A DNA stretch of 38,298 nt from a virus (IMGVR_UViG_3300048599_000839:1-38298), one strand, 5' to 3'. Shown: positions 28,129 through 35,248, counted from the stretch's first letter. Notes: generated by a model not told the origin, from the sequence alone. Program-made: numbers and translations.

Positions 28129-29133
28129 ATGGGCCTCCCGCATTTTTCCGACACCATCCCCGCCGCGCCAACCGGGGCCCGCAATGTGCGATGGCAACGG
28201 CTGCCGGATACCGACCTGCTGTCCGCCCACATCCCGATCTTCGTCGGCGACTCGAACGCTGGCGGCGCTGCTGGCCTCGTCCCCCCTTCCACTGCTGACG
28301 ATGTAACAGAGGGAAGGGTCCTGAAGGCCGACGGAACGTGGTATCGGTCTAACCCTATGACCGCCGCCGGCGATCTGATCATCGGCGGGGCATCGGGCGC
28401 GCCCACTAGACTGGCTGCGGGTGCCGATGGCTACATCCTCACGTCAGCCGGCCCGGGTTCTGCTCCCAGTTGGCAGGCGAACAGTGGAGGAGGAGGCGGC
28501 AGCAGTTCTAGCGTTGATACTCCTCCCAGCTCTCCGACCGCCTGGGACGACGAATTTGACGGGTCTGCGCTCGCCTCGAAATGGTCTTGGATCGCGCGTA
28601 CAAGCAACACCTCGGCAGCAATTGTAAACGGCGAACTTGTTCTGACGGCAACGGCTGGGGGGGACGTTTACAGTTACCCACAGAGCATTCTCGCCCAAGC
28701 CGCCCCATCAGGTAGTTGGCAGTTTACGGCGAAGATGCGGAGCATTGCCGTCGGTGGCTACAATACTGACTTTGGCCTTGTCGCTTATGAGTCATCAAGT
28801 GGCAAGTATATACATGCACATCTAGGAGCAACGAGTGGGGGGACGGTTGGTTTCGGAGCACAGAAATGGAATAGCCTGACTTCCTGGAATAGCAATGTAG
28901 CGGTATATAACGGAATCCTAGATGGGCTATGGAGCTATGTTTACATACGACTACAGTATGATGGGTCCTCGCTCGTCTGCTCCATTTCACGAGATGGGCT
29001 TGCGTGGCTTGATATGGGTACTGTCGCCTTCCCTGGGTTTATGTCTACCATCAGCCACGTCGGGCTGGACATGTACAACGGAGGAACCCCAACCATCACA
29101 GGTAAGGGTGCGTGGTTTCGGAGGACAGCGTGA
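28129..29133 (+). CDS. Tail fibre / receptor-binding protein with C-terminal ConA-like lectin domain
   Basis: Fibre motifs (GDLIIGGASGAPTRLAAG, PSWQ), a GGGGGSSSS linker, then a WDDEFDGSALASKWSW beta-sandwich. Confidence 0.78.
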   Translation: MGLPHFSDTIPAAPTGARNVRWQRLPDTDLLSAHIPIFVGDSNAGGAAGLVPPSTADDVTEGRVLKADGTWYRSNPMTAAGDLIIGGASGAPTRLAAGADGYILTSAGPGSAPSWQANSGGGGGSSSSVDTPPSSPTAWDDEFDGSALASKWSWIARTSNTSAAIVNGELVLTATAGGDVYSYPQSILAQAAPSGSWQFTAKMRSIAVGGYNTDFGLVAYESSSGKYIHAHLGATSGGTVGFGAQKWNSLTSWNSNVAVYNGILDGLWSYVYIRLQYDGSSLVCSISRDGLAWLDMGTVAFPGFMSTISHVGLDMYNGGTPTITGKGAWFRRTA

Positions 29134-29144
29134 CTGAGACATTA

Positions 29145-29225
29145 ATGCACGCATCTGACAACTGCTATTTACTCATCCAGCAATCGGAGACCTGCCAGTT
29201 CAAGATCCACCGCTGCTCAGCATGA
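29145..29225 (+). pseudogene. 5' relic of a GH24 (T4/P21-type) lysozyme gene
   Basis: MHASDNCYLLIQQSETCQFKIHRCSA* resembles the lysozyme N-terminal pattern MxxSxxxxxLIKxxEGxxLxxYxCxAG and keeps the E-x8-C spacing. Confidence 0.6.
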
Positions 29226-29488
29226 CGATCCCTCGCTCGTACATCCCGTTTGACGCGCCGATAGCCGAAGCTCGCCGGCGGAAGTGGCTCATTGGGCGAG
29301 CCAAGTATGGCCGCCGATTCCAGGGCGATCCGGTGTGCGAGTTCTACGAAGAATGCTTGGACGGCGCGAACTATTGCGATGAAATGGAGCGCCGCGGCTA
29401 TCGCAGCATCTGGGTCGGCCGACTGCTGATGTGGCTGGCCTCTATCTGGATTCGCTGGGTGCATCGCACCCAAAACCACGGGGCGTAA
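29222..29488 (+). CDS. Small protein resembling all-alpha NTP pyrophosphatase (MazG-like) phage proteins
   Basis: GRAKYG...D...EFYEECLDGANY, an ExxEExxD-type acidic helix. Confidence 0.5.
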   Translation: MTIPRSYIPFDAPIAEARRRKWLIGRAKYGRRFQGDPVCEFYEECLDGANYCDEMERRGYRSIWVGRLLMWLASIWIRWVHRTQNHGA

Positions 29489-29542
29489 ACAGCCCCGAAA
29501 CTGTCAACTCTCAACCACTTTCCCAAACAATCGAGGTTCTCT

Positions 29543-30133
29543 ATGAAACAGGCTCTCGTGCTTGTGTTCCTGGCGTTGTGCGTCTGTATGACGGCAGCGC
29601 CTGCGCAAACCAATGATCTCTCTTCGCTGCTCGACAAGGATGTGCTTGTCGTCGTCGGCCCGGCGTATCTCAGCGGCAACGGCACGCCCCAGGCGGGTGG
29701 CACGGTTGGCACCACGATGCCATTTACCAATCGCCTATCGGGCGGCATCTTCGCCGATTTGGCCTTCCGCAAAACTGGAGCGCCGCAGACCAACGTGCGC
29801 GGCCAGGTGTCGTATCAACTGTGCTCGATCACGATCGCGGGTCACGACTACCCTGTGAATCTGCTGGAGGACGTCGGGACAGCCTTCGCCGCCTCCGACC
29901 CGTCGACGGCCATTACTCAGGCGGCCGGCGTGGTTTCGGCGGTCCTGCAAAACGTCGGAACGAATGTCGGCTATATCGCCGCGTCCGGCGTGGGCACGGA
30001 CATCGTCCTCGGCAAGTCCCTTCACATGCAGCCGTACATCCGCGTGGTGAAGGGATCGCTCAACGACACCGCCTGGACCGTCGGCATTGGCTTCGGCTTC
30101 GCGGTTCATACCAAGCGGGTGGCCGGGCAATAG
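29543..30133 (+). CDS. Secreted protein, probable small outer-membrane beta-barrel
   Basis: Sec signal MKQALVLVFLALCVCMTAAPA|Q, alternating beta strands and a terminal WTVGIGFGF; GAGG RBS. Confidence 0.6.
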   Translation: MKQALVLVFLALCVCMTAAPAQTNDLSSLLDKDVLVVVGPAYLSGNGTPQAGGTVGTTMPFTNRLSGGIFADLAFRKTGAPQTNVRGQVSYQLCSITIAGHDYPVNLLEDVGTAFAASDPSTAITQAAGVVSAVLQNVGTNVGYIAASGVGTDIVLGKSLHMQPYIRVVKGSLNDTAWTVGIGFGFAVHTKRVAGQ

Positions 30134-30180
30134 CGCCATCCGGATCGCGCTCCCTTAACTCTGGTTGGCAGGAGAAAACC

Positions 30181-30516
30181 ATGCTGAACGGCATCAAGAA
30201 TTTCGCCATCTCCAAAGTCGTGCGCCATGTCGCAGACAACTCCCGTTTGAATGCCACCACCAACGGCCTGGCCATCGCAACCATCCTCTATGCGGCGCTG
30301 CAGGCCAACGCCAACTGGATGCTGATGTTCCAGTGCTGCGCCGCGCCGGGCAGCCTCCAGGAGATCGTGCGCGTCGCCGCGGCAATCATTGTCGCGCTGC
30401 TGCTTTTCCTCTGCGGAAAGTTTCCCGGATTGAAACAGTGGCTACCGGTCGCCCAGGAAATCATTACCGAGGCGCAGAAAGAGGCCGCGGCGCCGCCGGC
30501 GGCGAAGAAGGAGTAG
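30181..30516 (+). CDS. Membrane protein, holin candidate (2 TM)
   Basis: AGGAG RBS, two hydrophobic segments and a charged C-terminus, upstream of the endolysin. Confidence 0.6.
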   Translation: MLNGIKNFAISKVVRHVADNSRLNATTNGLAIATILYAALQANANWMLMFQCCAAPGSLQEIVRVAAAIIVALLLFLCGKFPGLKQWLPVAQEIITEAQKEAAAPPAAKKE

Positions 30517-30518
30517 CC

Positions 30519-30701
30519 ATGGACCTGATGTGCACTGCCATTCTGCGGAAGTGCGTCTTCATCGCACTGCTGCTGGCCGCATACGAGATCATCGACCACG
30601 TGTTCTTGCGCGGCTTCAAAACTCCGGAGGTACTCGCGGATGATCCGAAAGCGATCGCTCTGCTTCTGGGTATGCTGGCTGTTGCCGTGGCTCTCGCTTG
30701 A
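30519..30701 (+). CDS. Small 2-TM protein, holin/antiholin candidate
   Basis: 60 aa with an AGGAG RBS and two hydrophobic segments; overlaps the endolysin start. Confidence 0.6.
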   Translation: MDLMCTAILRKCVFIALLLAAYEIIDHVFLRGFKTPEVLADDPKAIALLLGMLAVAVALA

Positions 30702-31173
30702 GAGCTACGCCCAATCCACGACTCGCCTGGACCTCGCCTTTCAGCGCTGGGGTGCGTTCTACATGCCCGGCCACGATTGGCGGTGGTGGAAGGCCCAGGC
30801 GATCGCGGAGAGCGGGCTCCGGCCCGACGCGGTCTCCTCCTGCGGGGCTCGCGGCATCATGCAACTCATGCCGGCGACCGCGCGCGAACTGGGCGTCAAC
30901 CCGGTCGATCCGGAGGCCAATATCCAGGGCGGCATCAAGTACGATCGTCGCCTTTGGGATTTTTGGAAGAGCATTTCGACGGCCGAGGAGCGTCGCCGCT
31001 TCGCGTTCGGAAGCTACAACGCTGGTCCGGGCAACATCCAGAAGGCTGCCCGCGGTGCGCCGCCGAGCTGGCAGGCAGTCGCCGGGCGCCTGCCGGCAAT
31101 CACCGGCGCGCACGCCAGCGAGACGGTGAACTATATCAAACGGATTGAGGCAACCTTTCAGAGGTTGCAGTAG
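30640..31173 (+). CDS. Endolysin, lytic transglycosylase (SLT/GH23) with N-terminal signal sequence
   Basis: AESG (catalytic Glu), GARGIMQLMP, SYNAGPG and ETVNY motifs; hydrophobic N-terminus ending SYA|Q. Confidence 0.92.
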   Translation: MIRKRSLCFWVCWLLPWLSLESYAQSTTRLDLAFQRWGAFYMPGHDWRWWKAQAIAESGLRPDAVSSCGARGIMQLMPATARELGVNPVDPEANIQGGIKYDRRLWDFWKSISTAEERRRFAFGSYNAGPGNIQKAARGAPPSWQAVAGRLPAITGAHASETVNYIKRIEATFQRLQ

Positions 31174-31181
31174 ATCATTTC

Positions 31182-31205
31182 AGCGGGGTCCGGCCCCGCT
31201 TCGCT
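31182..31205 (+). terminator. Stem-loop after the endolysin, terminator candidate
   Basis: AGCGGGG-TCCGG-CCCCGCT followed by a weak T-rich tail. Confidence 0.4.
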
Positions 31206-31226
31206 ATCTTCTCGAGGTGAACGATC

Positions 31227-31478
31227 TTGCCAAGGCCACGGCCCGACTTTGGAAAGCAAAGTGATCACGATTTGTTGGTGGAGCTCAATAGGTCCTTCTG
31301 CGATCTGCAGGACGTCCTATGCGACAACGGACAACCGGGCCGTTGTTCCATCCACGAAATGCGGATACGCAAACTCGAAGCATCGCGGGCGTGGCTGAGG
31401 GGCGCGCTCGCGGCGCTGGGCCTGGTCGCGACGGCTGCATTGTCGCTGGCCGGCGCGCTCATGGCACGCGGGCACTGA
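31227..31478 (+). CDS. Small protein with coiled coil and C-terminal TM (lysis-accessory type)
   Basis: TTG start after GAGGTG; HEMRIRKLE is followed by a hydrophobic C-terminal helix. Confidence 0.6.
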   Translation: MPRPRPDFGKQSDHDLLVELNRSFCDLQDVLCDNGQPGRCSIHEMRIRKLEASRAWLRGALAALGLVATAALSLAGALMARGH

Positions 31479-31551
31479 TGGCGCTCTCACGCCTGGTCGA
31501 CGGCGAAGTACTGAATGGTATCAACTACGTGGTGGAGAGCCGCCGCCAGGG

Positions 31552-31944
31552 CTATCTGATGAAAAGCCCAGGGCTCACGTTGAACATCGCGCCCAGTTTG
31601 CGCGCCTGGTCGGCGCTGATCGAGCGCTTTCCCGTTAGCGCCTCGTTGATATGGCTACGCTGCCCAAAGACAGAGGCGAGCGCGGACGCCGGCTGGTCCG
31701 CCCTCTCGAGCAGGTAGCGCAACAACTCGGCCGGTGTGCTGTCATCCGGAGGCAGGCCGTGCCGCCGGTCGTAATCTTCGATGAGCACGGCGAGCAGCTT
31801 CATCAGCCGCGTCTCGCCGGCGTTCCTTTTTGACCCCTTGCGCAGAAGAGCGGCCAGTCGCACCGACACGTCGTCGTAGCGCTCTTCGGTTTCAATTGCT
31901 TCCGGTTCCACTTCGCCGAGCAGTATCGCGTACGCGGTTGCCAT
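31552..31944 (-). CDS. higA: HigA antitoxin (C-terminal XRE HTH)
   Basis: LLAVLIEDYD, PAELLRYLLE, and SHINEALTGKRSISADQARKLGAMFNVSPGLFI; lies downstream of the toxin gene. Confidence 0.92.
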   Translation of the reverse strand: MATAYAILLGEVEPEAIETEERYDDVSVRLAALLRKGSKRNAGETRLMKLLAVLIEDYDRRHGLPPDDSTPAELLRYLLERADQPASALASVFGQRSHINEALTGKRSISADQARKLGAMFNVSPGLFIR

Positions 31945-32231
31945 TAGAACACCTCCCGGTCGTAGTCTTTATGCAAGAGCACATCTTCGATCACCATGAG
32001 CTGCTGCGCGAAGTCGACGCTGGCAATCACGCGGTAATTGTTGCCGCCCACATCGAAGATCAATCGCCCCGTGCGTTTCCCGGTGTCCGTCGCCGAGAAC
32101 GTCTGCTTGACGGCGGCAAGATGCGGCCAGACGGCTGCCCGGGCGATGACGAGGAATCTCTGAAGCGGCTTCCGGGCCGCCGCATGCTTGACCGCGAATC
32201 GTGCTACCGTCGCTTCGCCCAAGATCCTCAT
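31944..32231 (-). CDS. higB: HigB mRNA interferase toxin (RelE superfamily)
   Basis: MRIL...W...VKQTFSATD...IFDVGGNNYRVI...HKDYDR; toxin-first gene order. Confidence 0.92.
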   Translation of the reverse strand: MRILGEATVARFAVKHAAARKPLQRFLVIARAAVWPHLAAVKQTFSATDTGKRTGRLIFDVGGNNYRVIASVDFAQQLMVIEDVLLHKDYDREVF

Positions 32232-32236
32232 GTCCC

Positions 32237-32266
32237 GATGTTCCCAGATTTGGGAACATCAGTCAA
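32237..32266 (-). promoter_or_regulatory. higBA promoter/operator
   Basis: Inverted repeat GATGTTCCCA-GATT-TGGGAACATC at 32237-32260. On the minus strand, TTGACT-17 nt-GAACAT ends 6 nt before the ATG. Confidence 0.7.
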
Positions 32267-32282
32267 GCGAAAAGGAGAAGCA

Positions 32283-32480
32283 ATGCCAGCTAACGAATTG
32301 ATCGAGGAAAATGCGCTTGCCGGCGAATCCAGCCTGGTCACATCCCAGGAGGCGCGCGAAGCCCGAGTTCGCCCCGAATGCGCGCATGAACACCAATATG
32401 TCGACGATCGTTCGTCGACCTGGAAGGAGGTGCGCTGCTCTGACTGCGGAGCCTACATTCGGGACTTCGACACGGTCTAG
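32283..32480 (+). CDS. Small Zn-ribbon protein
   Basis: AAAGGAG RBS; C-x-H and C-x2-C motifs (ECAHEH...RCSDCG). Confidence 0.65.
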   Translation: MPANELIEENALAGESSLVTSQEAREARVRPECAHEHQYVDDRSSTWKEVRCSDCGAYIRDFDTV

Positions 32481-32494
32481 TGGCTGGGAATATG

Positions 32495-33346
32495 CTAACT
32501 GCCAAAGATCCGTTGAAATAGGCCCCGCTTTTTTTGCTTCGGTTCATCCGGAACAATTCGGATCGGCAGATCGGCGTCGGAGAACTCGATCCGCATCACA
32601 TTGGGTGACGGTGCCGGGCCGATGTCCTGAAGCGGCGCCTGCGGCTTTGAGGGGATTGCTTGTTCGCGCCGTACTGCGCGGACGGGAACTGGAGTCGGTG
32701 CCGGCGCGGACTTTACCCCGATGGCGCAAAGAAATGTCTCTTCCGAAATAATCGCAATGGGATAGGACTCGCGAAGGCGCATCGCCGTCTCGATCTTTCG
32801 GCCGTATGCCGTATGCGCCCAATCGCGACTGGCGAGCGCGCCGAGGACCAGGTAATCTGTTTCGGTCGTGGGGTGGGGAAGCACGTGGCCTCCGCGCTCG
32901 ATCACGGCTTCCTCCAGTCGCTTCCGTGGTCCGAAGGTGAACTTCCCGGTGAAACAGAAAACGCGGCCAGGCACAAAAACATCGGGAACGGGATCTGTCA
33001 GGGGGAGCTTGGTGGTGCGGCGCGTAAAGATGTCGTCGCGCGAACAACCTAAGATCTTCCGAACATGATCGTCGATCTTTGCAAGCGCATTTGGATGGAC
33101 ATGCCCGTTGTCGTCAATCGATTCCGTGATGATGCTCGCGAGCTCGCCGAATATGGCAAGGTCCAGTTCTTCCGCGCGCTCTATGATCATGTGTGCCAGG
33201 GCGAGGACTTTCGTTTCGGTGAGAGGTCCATCAACCAGAAAGGCTCGGAGAAACCCCAGCAACTCGTCAACTGAGCGTTCTCGTCGTCTCTCGTTGTTCA
33301 GGAATTGAGGCGGCTGACCGTCGCGATCGAGTGGTATATCCTGCAT
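32495..33346 (-). CDS. BRCT domain protein with helical (TerB-like) N-terminal domain
   Basis: FCFTGKF...RGG...TDYLVLG...YGRKIE...IISEETF is a BRCT pattern. The N-terminus carries VDELLGFLRAFLVDG. Confidence 0.85.
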   Translation of the reverse strand: MQDIPLDRDGQPPQFLNNERRRERSVDELLGFLRAFLVDGPLTETKVLALAHMIIERAEELDLAIFGELASIITESIDDNGHVHPNALAKIDDHVRKILGCSRDDIFTRRTTKLPLTDPVPDVFVPGRVFCFTGKFTFGPRKRLEEAVIERGGHVLPHPTTETDYLVLGALASRDWAHTAYGRKIETAMRLRESYPIAIISEETFLCAIGVKSAPAPTPVPVRAVRREQAIPSKPQAPLQDIGPAPSPNVMRIEFSDADLPIRIVPDEPKQKKRGLFQRIFGS

Positions 33347-33365
33347 GGTCTTCCTGCGCGAACAC

Positions 33366-33590
33366 TCACCTGAGCGAGCTCGGGGCCGAGCTCATCTGAG
33401 ATGCTATCGACTGCGATCTGGAGACGAGGTCCGCGGCGATCGCCAGGACCCCGATGAGGGTGAGCGCGGCGAGAAAGATCGTCACGCCGTGGGCGGTGCC
33501 GTTTCGGTAACGCCCACCGTCCATGCAGAAGATCTCCACGCAGCGCAGAACAATATATCCGGCGATCATCAGGCCGATGCTGGTTATCAT
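33366..33590 (-). CDS. Small 2-TM membrane protein (possible superinfection exclusion)
   Basis: GGAGG RBS and two hydrophobic helices; lies downstream of the repressor candidate. Confidence 0.7.
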   Translation of the reverse strand: MITSIGLMIAGYIVLRCVEIFCMDGGRYRNGTAHGVTIFLAALTLIGVLAIAADLVSRSQSIASQMSSAPSSLR

Positions 33591-33696
33591 GGTCTACCTC
33601 CACAACTTCGCTTCCAGTCTGCTATATCCACCACCACGCGCGAGCCCGGTTGACATCCTCGAACACTCGCGCGGTAATATGCCGGGCAGTCCGTCT

Positions 33697-34068
33697 CTAC
33701 TCGCCCACCGCCGCCCTTCGTCGCCCTGCCGAGGACCTCGGTTGTAGGCGCTCATCGAAGATCTCGATATTGGGCACGATAGCGTCAATGGTCCGTTGGT
33801 CGCCGCTGTCCAGCACGCGCACCACTTTCAACACCATGTCCCGATGCCGGACAATCGCTTCAACCTCTTGTGTGGAGAAGGTCGGAAGAACCGGTGACAT
33901 TGCTTCGGCGGCCGTCGTCGCTGCGGCCATTTTCTTGCCTGCCAGCCATTCGTCGAGCCAGCCATCCAAAAGATCCTGCACGGTTATGCCTTCGGCACTC
34001 GCCCTAGACTTGATTGCCCGGCGTCTCTCCTCGCTCGCAGTAATCTTTATTTGCTTCTTGTCTTCCAT
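33697..34068 (-). CDS. Ribbon-helix-helix regulator with C-terminal helical domain, in the immunity repressor position
   Basis: MEDKKQIKITASEERRRAIKSRASAEGITVQDLLDGWLDEWL reads as strand-helix-G-helix. It is the first leftward gene at the divergence point. Confidence 0.72.
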   Translation of the reverse strand: MEDKKQIKITASEERRRAIKSRASAEGITVQDLLDGWLDEWLAGKKMAAATTAAEAMSPVLPTFSTQEVEAIVRHRDMVLKVVRVLDSGDQRTIDAIVPNIEIFDERLQPRSSAGRRRAAVGE

Positions 34069-34075
34069 AACAAAC

Positions 34076-34126
34076 GTCAATCGGTCAACATTTCGCTAGT
34101 GACCTACTGACCTTATGACCTATCAT
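34076..34126. promoter_or_regulatory. Divergent control region with 8-bp-phased TGAC repeats
   Basis: TGACCTAC-TGACCTTA-TGACCTAT at 34100-34123, two inverted copies (GTCAA at 34076 and 34084), and a -10-like TATCAT at 34121-34126. Confidence 0.65.
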
Positions 34127-34132
34127 GCTCTT

Positions 34133-34402
34133 GTGAGCACGCAAACACGCGAACAGCCTACCACAGAAACACTCGAGCTAGGGGCAGCGATCAACTTCCG
34201 CCACACGGACAAAACCGTGCAGGCGGTCAAAGACGCCGCCTGGCGGCTGAGGATTTCGATGGGCGAGCTGATGCGCCGGTTCACCGACGAAGGTCTTGCG
34301 CAGCTCGCCGGCGAGCGAAACGCCGCCGCTAACACCTCCTCCTCCGAGTCCGGGACGACAAGACCGACAGCCGTCCCGCCATTGGCAAATAGCCGGTCGT
34401 GA
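34133..34402 (+). CDS. Ribbon-helix-helix regulator in the Cro position (start GTG 34133 or ATG 34115)
   Basis: AINFRHTDKTVQAVKDAAWRLRISMGELMRRFTDEGL fits an RHH pattern. It is the first rightward gene. Confidence 0.72.
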   Translation: MSTQTREQPTTETLELGAAINFRHTDKTVQAVKDAAWRLRISMGELMRRFTDEGLAQLAGERNAAANTSSSESGTTRPTAVPPLANSRS

Positions 34403-34412
34403 TGAGGTTTCC

Positions 34413-34682
34413 ATGTATTCACAAGGTAAATCCGGTCGTTCTGATTACGGAGTACCGGATCTGCAACTTGTTTATTCAACAAGGAAAGATCACCTGGTCG
34501 AGCGGGAACTGAAGAGCTTTCCCGTGGCCGGTGAGAACCAGAGGATGGAGAGCCGGGTGCTGTTTCTGTATCAGGAGCGACACCTGAGCATCGAGATCAT
34601 CGCGCGCGAGATGGGCCTGAGCCGCCTCCGCGTGCAAGAGATTGTGCGGCGGCGCCTGCCACCTTTCCGGAGGGCAGCGTGA
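34413..34682 (+). CDS. Small HTH DNA-binding protein
   Basis: VLFLYQERHLSIEIIAREMGLSRLRVQEIVRR; GAGG RBS. Confidence 0.75.
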   Translation: MYSQGKSGRSDYGVPDLQLVYSTRKDHLVERELKSFPVAGENQRMESRVLFLYQERHLSIEIIAREMGLSRLRVQEIVRRRLPPFRRAA

Positions 34683-35044
34683 AACGGCTGAAGCAGTTCG
34701 CAAGAAGCATCTTTGACGCGTTCGAGTTGACGGACTACGAGCATATTTGCGCGAGGTTCGGACCTTGGCCGTTCCGATTCTTTCTGACCGTCTGGGAGAA
34801 AAACCGGCGCTGCACGCGATTCCAGAAGTTCTTCCCGTGGCGGATTAGTTGCTCTATCACCCGGATACTCCTGGACTGGATGTTCTCGCGATGCATTCTA
34901 TGCGGGAAAGCGTTCCGCCTCTCAGAACTGTGGCGGCGATGGAGCGAGACCACGCTGATCTATTTTCAGCGCGGATTGATCTGCCACATAAGCTGCATGA
35001 AAGCCCGGAGGGCTGTATGGCCCATCGAAAGGCACGTGCTGTGA
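34679..35044 (+). CDS. Hypothetical aromatic-rich protein with CxxC...HxxC motif
   Basis: CILC and CHISC motifs; GTGA coupling. Confidence 0.55.
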   Translation: MKRLKQFARSIFDAFELTDYEHICARFGPWPFRFFLTVWEKNRRCTRFQKFFPWRISCSITRILLDWMFSRCILCGKAFRLSELWRRWSETTLIYFQRGLICHISCMKARRAVWPIERHVL

Positions 35045-35248
35045 TGCCCAACGAATCGGCGAATCTCCAGTCGTTGATGATTGCTGGCGCGCTCCTCGGT
35101 AGCGCGCTGGTGGCAGTCGTCGTCTTCGCCGCTGTCGTGGCCATTCTGCGGGCCATGGTCGGCGACACGGCGGCCCGCCGCCAGGCGCGCATGAAGCGAT
35201 TGAACTGCTTGCTCAACGGCGAACGGATTGAAAGGCACGTGCTGTGAT
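35027..35248 (+). repeat. 19-bp direct repeat GAAAGGCACGTGCTGTGAT at consecutive gene junctions
   Basis: Identical copies at 35027-35045 and 35230-35248. Confidence 0.9.
35044..35247 (+). CDS. Small single-TM protein
   Basis: MPNESANLQSLMIAGALLGSALVAVVVFAAVVAIL followed by a basic tail. Confidence 0.65.
   Translation: MPNESANLQSLMIAGALLGSALVAVVVFAAVVAILRAMVGDTAARRQARMKRLNCLLNGERIERHVL

Noticed and set aside
28129-29225. Diversity-generating retroelement or invertible fibre system
   Set aside because: No reverse transcriptase, template repeat, invertase or inverted alternative fibre ends are visible.
33650-34099. 149 aa plus-strand ORF antisense to the repressor candidate
   Set aside because: Its TTG start is the putative -35 box, it has no RBS, and its composition is not protein-like.
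33600-34135. LexA/SOS box controlling induction
   Set aside because: I found no match by eye to CTGT-N8-ACAG, GAAC-N4-GTTC or GTTC-N7-GTTC.
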